Positions 1-11,100 of a stretch of 64,000 nt of DNA are shown here, piece after piece. The stretch comes from Thalia democratica (lineage: Eukaryota): NCBI GenBank assembly GCA_965202585.1, contig OZ241833.1:26908001-26972000 (forward strand), given 5' to 3'. Position numbers and translations under genes: made by a program. The notes below the pieces were generated by a model. The model saw nothing but the letters and a program-made list of their open reading frames with translations. It did not search any database and was not told where the DNA came from. Positions within the stretch are counted from its first letter, which is position 1. Every line of letters starts with the position of its first letter.

Positions 1-4
1 GTAC

Positions 5-3000
5 CTTGGACATGTCCTCAAACCTCTCGGGTCGGAACTCGTCGGGAGAATCCCAGTATTCCTCGGCGCGGGAAAGCCCCCCGGCCGGGATGTGGATCCA
101 CGTGCCCTTGGGAATCTTCATCCCCTTGATTGTGACGTCATTTTCTGCGAAGCGAGAGTTTCTGAAAGAGAAAAAAAATTTTATAAAATAAATATGTTAT
201 TCAAAATAGACTTGGTTGATCTTAGGCTCATAATGATAATAAAAGCTAGAATTATATCATTAATTCTAAATTCCATCAAGTTTGTAATAAAATCAATCTT
301 GCTCTTATAAGAAAAGGTTGATTTGAAGTATTTTAACCATAAAACATGTAGTTATAAAAATTGTTTTAATTTTAAATAAAAAATAAAATAAATATGATAA
401 TAAATACAAAACATACTACGCAATAGTTCTAAGGTTACAAAGATATAGTTTAAGTATATCACAGGTAAAAACTAATAAATACTCTATAATATTGGTTATA
501 GACTTTTTCATCAAAAATTGAACTGTCTTTAACTTACAGAGGAACAACTGGAAAGCATCTCAAAGATTCATTTATACATTGCATCAAGTAAGGAATATCA
601 TTAATCGTTTCGTAGGTTATTTTCCCCTGAAAAACAGTAAAAAGTTTAGCTAAAGTTAGCATAAGCTATTTAAAAGAAGAATTTTTGTTTTCTGAAAAAC
701 AAACGTATAAAATTAGAAAAACTATTCGTTTTTTTTATAGAAAGATATACTTTACTGACTAATATTTGTAGTCAAAAAACTTGTTATAAAAGCGTAAACT
801 ATTTTTACAACTATTAAGTCAAATTTTTGACAAACTTATTGTCTTTTTTAAACATTTACTTACTGAAATCTGATATTTTATACCAAAAAGGTTACTACAA
901 AAGCAAATTTTAGTTGCCACTTTTCAACTAAACACTACTGACGTCGTGTCGGTCGACGGCCTCAAATATTTCCTCCCTCAACTTGTCTTGGACGTGCTGG
1001 TTGTTGGCCAGGTTGTAGGCGAGGAAGGTCAGTGATTGGGCGGTTGTCTCGTAGCCGGCAGTTATCATTATCAGCGCGTTTCCCGTCACCTCCTTCTTCG
1101 TCATACCTTGAAGTAAAAGTTAATATAAGAACTTAAATCCTAACTGTTTTTCAGCTTTGAAATTTTGATATTTTTGTAAAGTTCGTGTTAAAGAGCAAAG
1201 TAGTTGAATTTTTAATTGTATTTAATTTGTTGTTTCAAACCTGGAAAGCTTTTTAATTTTCGAAGTCAGTTGATTAACTATATTTTATCTATATTTATAG
1301 CTTTTTAGTTTGTATTGCTCTTTATTCAAAAAAAAACTGTATAGTGTATTTTTTAAATCAATTTAAAAATCATTGTCTTATCTAATTTTGAAAAAGTTAT
1401 AATTTTTGAATATAAATTAATACCTCTTGACGCAGTAGCAACTTCAGAGTCGGGAATTTGAACTTCCAGCATTTGCTGCATCAAATCAACTCTCTTGAAA
1501 AAAATTAATATTACATTTATAAGATAAAAAGATAACTTTTAGCTTTCGCTTGTAAAATCTATATTACAAGTTTGCATTTTTTATATCAACATAAAAATTT
1601 TACTTTGTACTTATGATGAAGTGTTTAAACTTTTTTTAAAGTTAATTTTCAAAAAGAAACACCTTTTCATCCTTGTTCCTTGTTTTTTGCACGGCGTCCG
1701 TCAAAGCCACCATGTGTTTGCGAAACTCGCGGGAAAATATGGAGTAGTCGAACCAGGCAAACACCGGCTCCAAAAAGCTGAACACGGCTGTTTTCAAAAG
1801 GGTGCTTGTTAAAATAGAACGTTTTGTGTTTCATCACGATTTGTATTTTAAATTGCTCTCGAAACAACCTAAAAAAGTAGATTTCTTTTAAATTGTTTAA
1901 TTTTCATTCTAAGTTTTCATAAGTTTTTTAGTTTTGGCACGAAAAAAAAAACTAAAGTAAATAGCGTTAATTTAAATCATTGCTTTAAAATATAGCTTCC
2001 GATTTAATTAAACTAATATATACTATATAATAACATTGTATAAAAATTTGGCTGTTGCATATAATGTATTCTGAATTTTGTGCGAAATTCTCATGCTTCT
2101 AGTTTTAATGAAACAAGCGTAATATACACTAATTAAAAAAAAAGAAAAGTAAAGTAGTTTCAATTACGGTTATGCTTCAAAAGCAAATCAAAATTCGGTT
2201 GTTAAAATACATTAAAAAAGTTTATTTGCTATCAAAACACAGTCTGCAGTGTAACAAAAAAATGTATTTATATTTATTTACTTAAAAAAGCAATGACTGG
2301 ATCCTTGAACGACTCGGGGCTGATGGCTTCATTGAGCAACTTCAAAGTTTTCGGCTCCTCTTCTCCATCCTATTGAAAAATAAACAACTTAGTAATTTAA
2401 GGTAAACTATTCGCAAAAACAAAAAGTTTTTCTAAAATCTTTTGTAAAACTCTAATGTATTTCGGGTGAGAAAGTTGAGAATTTAGTTTTAATTAGTCAA
2501 CTTCTCTAACATAGATCGGAAAAAGATAATTTTTTTCACTTTTTAATTGTTAACACACCTGAACGTGGAAATTTGAGCTGAAAGCTGCAGACGATATCAC
2601 GTCAAGTGCGTACCTCCCGAAATCCCTGTGTTAATTTTTCTTGTTCAAGTAAAACTGACAACTTTAATCTTTTAAGGCTGTATTTACATTAAGTAAAATA
2701 TTAGTTTGGAAAAAGTTGTATTTCTCATAATAAGTTTTAAAAAGTTAAAAATAATGTAAGTATAACATATTCTAAAGTTTTTTAACTCTTTTTATGTTAA
2801 GTATTTTAAGCGGAGTTATTTTTCTCTGCTTATTTTTAGTATATTTACAATGCAAACTTAAAAATTTAAAAGCAGAATGTTGCGTTTTGCAAACTAAAAC
2901 TTTTAAGTGAATAACAAATAAAAAATGAAATTAACATTTTTAAACCTTTACCAACAACTGATTTAGTTTAATATGCAAAAAATAAGATTATAAAAACAGT

Positions 3001-5252
3001 TTTGAATAACAAATGTAATAATAAAACGTTTAAACTTAAACTTACGTTCTCGCGTAAAACATTCCGTCTTTCTTTTCAACAATGTTTTGCATTTTTTTCA
3101 TGAAAATTTCCGTGCAGTTTTCAGCTATGTATAGCATTTGCTTCAACTTGGAACTTGAAAATGCTGGGCTTAATGTTTTTCTGAAGAAATAGAATCAATA
3201 AAAATTTATCCGTGTTTCAATTCTACTTGAGTTGTTTTCTAAAAGTTTTTTTTCACATAGTCGATGTGTTATTTTTCAAAAATTTAAGCTGAAAAAGTAA
3301 AGCAAATTGTTTTGCTAGTTTATTGATAGTTTAAAAGTTACTAAAATGTTAATATAAGCAAAAACATTAGTTAAAAATTAAAACAATTAATTGACCTAAT
3401 TCTCTTCCACTGGTTTCCGCTAGACATGAACAGGGAGTCATTCATTTCGCCGTTTATTTTCTGCAACCATTTCTAGCGAAAAGTAAAACGGTTTGTTTTC
3501 AAACTGACAAATTTTCAAATATTAAAAGCTCACCTCCCGGTCCGGGAAGTTGTGGAACTCTTTCACGAACAACTCTTTAATTATTTCCGTGTCCCAAATC
3601 GTTATGATAGGAGTTAAGAATTGGTATCGTCTATAAAAGTTAAATTAAAATCTGTTTAAAAAATTAAAGTTATACAAATTTGGAGCGGAAGTTAATACTT
3701 GACTAAAAATTTAAACTGTTTTTACAACTTTTATTTTTCAATAGAAGGTTATAGATAGTATACAGTTTTAAATTTACGTGACAGTTTAAAAACGTATTTG
3801 TATAATAAACTTAAACCAATTTTGATAACTTAAAGATATTAAATAGTTCTATTGAAAATTAAAATATACGTAAAATATGATTAAAAAATGTTTTTAATAT
3901 GATACGATAATTATTGATGAGATTTTTAACTACTTTTAGTCCACTAATAGAAAATGTGAAAGATAGAAAGCATTGTAACTTATTCTTATGAATCTTATCA
4001 GAAGCTTTAGTCTTTTAAATAACCAACTATATTTCCAAAAATACTATGTTAGAATACTGTAAGCCAACTTAAGGTTTATTCTATGGGTCATTCATTTAAA
4101 AAAATCATTCAGAGACATTACAAGTCAGCTTAAAGTTGTTATCATCTAATTTTAATGTTGTTAGTCGCTTCAAATTTTTTTGTAAAGTTAATATTAGTAA
4201 ATATTGTCTAAACGGCATTTCTAAAATATTCCTTAAATTATATTATTTTCTTTGTCTATGTCTGACGTTTTGCTTCAAAATATAGTTTATCAGTTCAAAC
4301 TAATGGTTTTTACTACTATTTATCATTCTTCAAATATATTAGTGACATATACTTTTTAAAAAAGCTATAAACAACTTGCACCTATTTTTGCGGTGTCAAG
4401 TATTTATCTTGTAAATAGCTTTTTTTAACCAAGACTCAATCATTAACTTCGTTTTGCTTTTCAAAACACAAAAAGATATCAATTTAAACAAAATTTCAAC
4501 CCGTAGATGTCGCCGTACTTCTTTCGCATGTTGAAGTCGTCCCTCAGTAGCTGAAAAATCAACAGCGTTAATATCTAAAGCAGGAACCTTTTTGTTAACA
4601 AAACCAACTCTCACCATTTCATCCGGGTCTTTCGCCATTTGCATCACGTACTTGAGCCCCAAAAATCCTGGGTCGTCGTGGGGAATACCCAGCCTTTTCA
4701 GCACCCCCAACCTTCTTTTCAAGTAGATCCTGCGAAAATATTAAAAACGATATTTATTTCTATAAGTTGTTTACCAAATAGAGAAAAACTAAGTTGGTGC
4801 TTTTTTAAACTCTTGCTAAAAATTTGAATTTATTCTTTTTTAAGTAGCTTTTTTTTGACGGATAAGTCTAAATTAAACTTAAATAAAATTTTTTATCCGT
4901 TAGTAAAATATTTTAATGTTATTGTTATGTAGTAATGTTAGTATGGAGATTATTATAAAGTTTTAACAACAATCCTTTGGTTTTTTTTTATAATAAGATC
5001 TTTTAATTACTTTTATTCATAAATTTCCTAAAAATAATTTTCAAAATGATTGATTTGAGCTTTTAAACAGTTTTTCAATTAATCAAAGGGCAACTTGATT
5101 ACTTGCGACAATTTAAATTTAAAAGAATTCTCTGTTTTTTGGCAAGCCTAAAAGTAAATAACCAAAGCAAATACAAACCATAATAGAAAGGTGACCGTCG
5201 CCAGAAGAATCCAAGTTTCTTTGTAAGAAGTAAATATGCTGTACCAGCTCAT
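5..5252 (-). CDS. Cytochrome P450, CYP3-clan (CYP3A-like), copy A; exons 1-13, 3' end outside window
   Basis: Exons (GT-AG, frames compatible): 5252-5179, 4729-4615, 4550-4501, 3630-3534, 3472-3396, 3180-3046, 2625-2559, 2369-2282, 1787-1663, 1493-1424, 1106-943, 626-538, 161-5. Motifs: N-anchor [20 protein letters not shown] (C helix), TAGYETT (I helix), ESLR (K helix), PERF. No stops or frameshifts found. Confidence 0.93.
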
Positions 5253-5391
5253 TTTTTATTTTAAACTAAAAAAAAAATATATTATACATATTGTTAAATA
5301 ATTGCACAAAAATTTAAGATGTTGACTTAGTTTTCAAACCAAGTTAGTAGAGTTTTTAATGTTTTATACCTTGTGAAAAAATACATTCTAG

Positions 5392-5421
5392 TTTTATATT
5401 TAAAACTAAATTTGATGCAAT
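5392..5421 (-). promoter_or_regulatory. Candidate CYP copy A core promoter: TGATGCAAT (C/EBP-ATF type) next to TATAAAA
   Basis: Both motifs are identical in copy B at the same spacing; ~145 nt upstream of the ATG. Motif match only. Confidence 0.4.
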
Positions 5422-6760
5422 CGAGCATTTACTTTCAAAACAATTTAAAAATATAGCCTAAGTTTAAAAGCATTTTTATTTTTGAAAATAATCTTATCGT
5501 TAACAATATAAACTGCTGCTGTTGTATTATACTATAAAAATAGTTCAAACAAGACGAAAAGGCTTAAATTTTAATTAAAACTAAGCTCAGAACTTAGTTC
5601 AAGATCAAGTTATCAAATAAGACAGCAAGTGTTTAAAAAACAAAAAAAAGTTATTTACCGCAAAACGATTAGAAAATTCTGCTAACTATAATAACTATCT
5701 TTGTGATTGACAACCATACGTTTATTCTACCAGTTTTAAACCTTTTAGGTGTGATAGTAGCCAAAAATTTTCTGTAACTCTATACTTTTTTTCTCTTTTT
5801 AAAGGATTTTTCTGTAACTTATTTTTAGTGAATAATAATATAAGTCGCTATATACTTTTAATTCGTTATTTTATATAAATATTAGTATTATTCGTTATTG
5901 AAATCTTTAAAATAGCTATTTTTTAAAGATTTTTTTCATATTTGCAATTCAATTATACTAAACTTTAATTATGAAATGTTGACTTTTTTTAAGTTTTAAT
6001 TAGTTAACAATTCATTAAAACAATTTTAATAAACTCTTTATTTCTGTAACTATCTTTAAAAAAAAATTAAAAAAAGTAATGAAATTTTTGAGAAAATAAA
6101 ACTTATAACTTTGAGGTATTACACATAAAGTTCTTTAAAAGTATTTGTTTTATCAAGTTTGAAGGTGCTCTGTAAACTTGTTTTATTTAAATTCTTAACC
6201 CTAAATTAGTCAAAGACCAACAAGTTCAAAGATTACTAAAGTATGCATATTGTATTAATTAGACCAAGTAAGTAGCAATTTTTCTTCTATTTCACTTATA
6301 TAAAGCAAAAAATCAAAAAAAATGCTAACAAAAAAAAAAACTTTACTTCTATAAAATTTTCACTTTTCTAAAATATATTTTCTATAACGAGAAAAAATAA
6401 ACAAAAGTTACGTACCTTTTCAAAAAAAAAATTAAGGAATCTAAAACTTAAACATACTTCAAAAATAATTTATAAAGATTTTTTTTACTAGTTTATATAT
6501 TCTAAGTTATTTTATACTGCCAACTACTTTGTTGCAAGCTAATAAGATATAACAGTTTATACCTAAGTTTAATTTTATGTAATAAAAACTTACAAACTCT
6601 TTGCATTTAAGTACAAAAGTTTTACCCAAACTAAATATTTTAACTTAAACTTTTTAAAGTTTATTTTTGGTATAAAACCATAAACAAAGTTCAACTTTAT
6701 ATCAAAAGATCAAAAGAGTATTTTTATTTTTTGTTAAAAAGTTGTGTATGTTGTTTTTAT

Positions 6761-7717
6761 TGGAACGGGTCAGAAAAGCACGGGTGAGACTTTAGCACAG
6801 AGTGAAACTTTAGCACGGAGTGACACTTTAGCACAGAGTGTCACTTTAGCACGGCGTCACTTTAGCACGGAGTGACACTTTAGCACGGAGTGTCATTTTA
6901 GCATAGAATTTATTTTGCATTTTTTTTTCTTTGCTTGAATCACATTAGGTACTGTATTGTTTAAAAAGTCTAAAAACGAACTATGCAACATGTAAACTAA
7001 AATTTAACAAGCTTTAAATGAGTTACAAGTTTAAGCTTTACCTAAAACTAAGACAAATTTAAATTAAAAAACTTTATTAACTTGTTTTACTACTTAATTT
7101 TAGATAAATATATTTTGATACTTTTACTTTAAAGTTTAGACATAAAACTATTTTAATAAAGCAAGTAATTAATACGAGCTGTAAAATTAAAAAAAAAATT
7201 TTTTATGCTTTAACTATTTCTAATAAGACTAAACTTTAAACGTAAGGTTTAAATAAAAAGTGAGAAATATAAAGATTATAAACTTTCTTATTTCATTTTA
7301 AGCCCAAAGTAATAACTTTATTTATAATTATTTTTAAGACGATAATTTAAAAAGTGTTAAAACTAATTTTCACAATTGTTTGTTTGTCAAGTTAATTATT
7401 TTAGATAATTAAACATTACTTAAATAAACATTTTACAAGATTTAAAATTTTTACGTGCAAAAATGTCACTCCGTGCTAAAGTGACGCCGTGCTAAAGTGT
7501 CACTCCGTGCTAAAGTGACACTCTGTGCTAAAGTGACGCCCTGCTAAACTGTCACTCCGTGCTAAAGTGTAACCCAGTGCTAAAGTGACGCCGTGCTAAA
7601 GTGACACTCCGTGCTTAAGTGTCACTCTGTGCTAAATTGACGCCGTGCTAAAGTGTCACTCCGTGCTAAAGTGTCACCCCGTGCTAAAGTGACGCTGTGC
7701 TTTTCTGACACCTACCC
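6761..7717. mobile_element. Foldback-type non-autonomous DNA element with inverted arrays of 16/18-bp repeats
   Basis: 21-nt imperfect TIRs (tggaacgggtcagaaaagcac / gtgcttttctgacacctaccc); ~7 units of ctttagcacggagtgaca at 6781-6905 and ~13 inverted units at 7466-7697; 8-bp duplication gtttttat at 6753-6760 and 7718-7725; absent from the right arm. Confidence 0.85.
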
Positions 7718-7869
7718 GTTTTTATATCTACTATTGAAACAAATAAATAAAAGTAACGTACTTAAAAACTACTAGTAAAAAATACTTATCAGACTATATA
7801 AAAAATTTCTAAGATAAGCGAATAAAAAAAACAAATTTTTATTTAAAACTTTTTGTTATGTACTTTCTA

Positions 7870-8130
7870 AACGAAATATTTAGTCTGTTCGAAGCTACCT
7901 CTCGACAAGCAAACGAAAAAAAAGTAGCTGCTCAAGGAAAAACAAAATTGCCGTTGAGCAATCGAAGCTGAGCACTGAATTTTTCTCTCTTTATGTGTTT
8001 GCACTGCAAGCATGTGACACTGCGTTCACTTTTCAGCGCGGTCAACCTACGTCATCACTGAGAATTGACGATAAGGAAATAACGATGTTTGTTTCGAAAT
8101 GGAAGCATATGTTTGCATTCTAAAATGCAG
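7870..8130. promoter_or_regulatory. Conserved non-coding block present three times (7870-8130, ~11050-11300, 19560-19830)
   Basis: Shared core ctacgtca-x4-tgagaattgacga and tttcgaaat..aagc; higher GC than flanks. Function inferred; could be a repeat remnant. Confidence 0.4.
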
Positions 8131-11100
8131 TGATGTGTTTAAATTTTTTGGATTTTACAAAAAAAAAGCTCTTTTTTCCTGTAACTAGCTTATTTTTCAT
8201 AAAAAAGCTTACTATGAAATCATTACACGCTAAAAAATTAGTTAAATGTAAGTTTTATGTAGCTAAAACTATTCTGAGAGCAAATGAAACTGTCTGAAAC
8301 AAATTGTAAACTTTGCTCTGAATAATAACCTGTTTTTTATTATAATGTTTTTAAAAATTTTTAAATGTCTCCGGACAAAAAAGACGAATAAAAGATACTT
8401 TAAATAAAATAGTTTTTGTGAACCACACAACAGTATTAATAATTAAAGTAAATTTTTCTATGACCAACTTACAGAAATGGTTTAATTTTACTTATCCATA
8501 TACAAAATTATTTTAGTTAGTTTTTTTTTTCTAAAAGGTTTTTTTTTTTTTTGAAATTAAAATTAAGTTGTATAAATATGAAATATCTTTAACAAACCAA
8601 ATCTTTTTTCGGTTTTAAGCTTAATTATAATCGTGCTTAATGCTTTCGTATTTTTGTTTTTTATCATTTTAAACTGTTTTAAACGTTAAAATTCGTTTTA
8701 TTTGATCAGTTTCCACTTTAATACTATTTACAATTTTAAACACCATATTCGTCATAAAAATGCCTACACAGTACTGTAGTAATAAAAAAAAAGTAAGACG
8801 TTTTCTTTAAAAAAAATTAACAATTTAGTAAATAACAATATATAAATTAACGTAAAAAGCTATGAATTCAGAATTACTGTACTGCATTGAAAATTAGATT
8901 GCTGAAAAATATGTAAAACTACTATCTATTAATTTATTAAAACTGTTTTGAAACTTTTCATTAACACTCAAAAGCTAAAAAATATTTTAGATATTTAATT
9001 TTTTTTTATGTTTACAAAGCAACCAGTCAAAAGAATTTGTTCGTTGACCTTATTTGGGATAAAAATCAATTTAATTCCAATGATGTAATCACAATCCTAC
9101 ATAAAAGCGTTTGAATTCAAAGTGAACTTTCATCAACATCTTGTTTTTTGATATGATTAAATTTTAAATTCATAAAGTTTAAAGAGACAAATGTTTGAAA
9201 CATTTGCTTGAATTATCTAAAACTAAAATAGCTTTTTTTCTAACCTTATACTTTAAAAATTGTTAAACAAGGTTAATTTTGACTTTTATGTTTATAATCG
9301 AAAATGATTTAAAGAAAAATAATAAACATTTAACAAAAGCCAGACAATAAGCCATAACCAAGAACTAGTCACGCAAAATGGTAAAAATAAAGATTACGAG
9401 CTTGTGACAAACCTGTGAAAAATACAAAAAAAATGGACACAATATGTCGCAACCAAACAGAAATTCTGTTTGGCAGTAATTTTTTAGCCAATTTTTTTCA
9501 AAGTAGAATTAAACTTTCTGAAGTCTAGATACTGTAAAACTGTTTATTTTTGAATTTTATCCAACAAGAGTAGACACATGTTAATCAAGGCGTTTAAATC
9601 TATATAATTTTCAAGAGCTAGATTAAAAAAACTAAAAACATGGGAGCTGTGCTTTACTTATTTAAAATTTAAGGTTCTTTCGTGTTTCTAAACTTTTTTG
9701 ACATATTTCTTTTATCGTTCAATATAATATAACAATTTATAGCTAAATTCGTAATTATAGTTCTTTTAGGTATTGTATAAATGTTAAGAAACAATACAAC
9801 TTTTAAGTAGTTTTTGAAAAAACAAGGACAGTTATAAAACAATGTCAGAAAAATAGCTGTTATTTTTAGTTAATTATTTATGAAACCGAAAACACTACTT
9901 AGTTATTTCCAACAAAGGAATAGAAAAACATACTTGATGCTTGAAATGTACTTCTTAAGTTCATTTATTTTTCTTAGTTTTGCGACACATGTTGTGCAGC
10001 AAAATAAAGCTTTGTAAGACGTAAAACTTTACATCAAATAAAAGAAAATTTAATAATTAAAAAATATATTCTTGTAATTTTATCTCAGGCTGTTAGCTTA
10101 GTAAAGTTGCTTTTGTAATTAAGTAAAGATTGTTAAGTGTTGTAAATGTCATTAAGAAGTCAAAAATTATGATAAAATAATTAACTTTGTCATATTTTAA
10201 CTTGATCAAAATGAAACATGCAAAGCAAATTTTCTACTCTACAACTAAGTATTATAATTTTTAAAAGTTTGTGCCCTGTTATTGTCGAATGTTAATGAAA
10301 ATATCAAATATTTCAACAACAAACAAAACCATACTAGTTAAAATTAGCTGCTGTATTAATGAAATAAAGTAACATAACTATTATTTTTGTTAACTTATTT
10401 AAAAAGTTTAAATCAGAACTATTAACTTTTTTTTGTCATTAAGTATACGTCTTTTTATTATATTTTAACTGCTATCGGTAAGCTAGAAATGAGAGATCCA
10501 TATACGATGGTAAAGTTTAAAAAAGTCACAGTCTTTCTAAAACTTTCCAAGCAAGTAAATACACACACAATATACATGTCACAGTTTATATAAATATATA
10601 TATATATATGTACACGTACCTAACTTTTTTTTTTGTATGGAAAATGATGATAACTAAAACAAAATTTTTTAGCGAAAGTTAAAACCCGTCCATACCAATA
10701 ATCAGCCGATTGAGATACCAAAATATCACTTTTAAAATTATAAGTATATTCTTTAATATTATTTTCAACTAAAGTTTTTAACATATTTAATTTGTTTATG
10801 TAATTTAATTTTGTTTTTTCTTCGTTAAAAAACTGTCGATAATACTTGACTTTAGTTCGAACAGTTATAAACTTACCTTTGTTAACTTTTCAGCCCTTTT
10901 TATCAATAATTTTAAACTCAACAGAGATAAAAAAGGTAACAATTGTGCAAACTTAAAAAACATACATAAACTATTTATTTCACTATATAAATAAGGTTCT
11001 GCATAACTTCTATACACAATAAAAGTATAATTCATTACAAGAACTTCCCTTAGAAGAATACAGTCTTTTGTGAACCAAACCTCCATGACAAAGGTTAAGT

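Larger units (their letters stand above)
1..9500. repeat. Left arm of inverted segmental duplication (partner ~18150-28083)
   Basis: Exons, introns and ~4 kb of upstream DNA are reverse-complement matches, e.g. 7870-8130 vs 19560-19830 and 9340-9500 vs 18170-18330. Inner boundary approximate. Confidence 0.9.

Noticed and set aside
1667-1867. ORF-track protein MFREQFK...KEQG as a gene
   Set aside because: It is an alternative frame over CYP exon 9; the frame [13 protein letters not shown] fits the splice phases and CYP3 alignment.
6781-7697. Regular repeats resembling a CRISPR array
   Set aside because: Units are contiguous with no unique spacers, form inverted arrays inside TIRs with a target duplication, and the context is eukaryotic.
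10589-10610. (TA)n run
   Set aside because: Short microsatellite, expected in AT-rich DNA.
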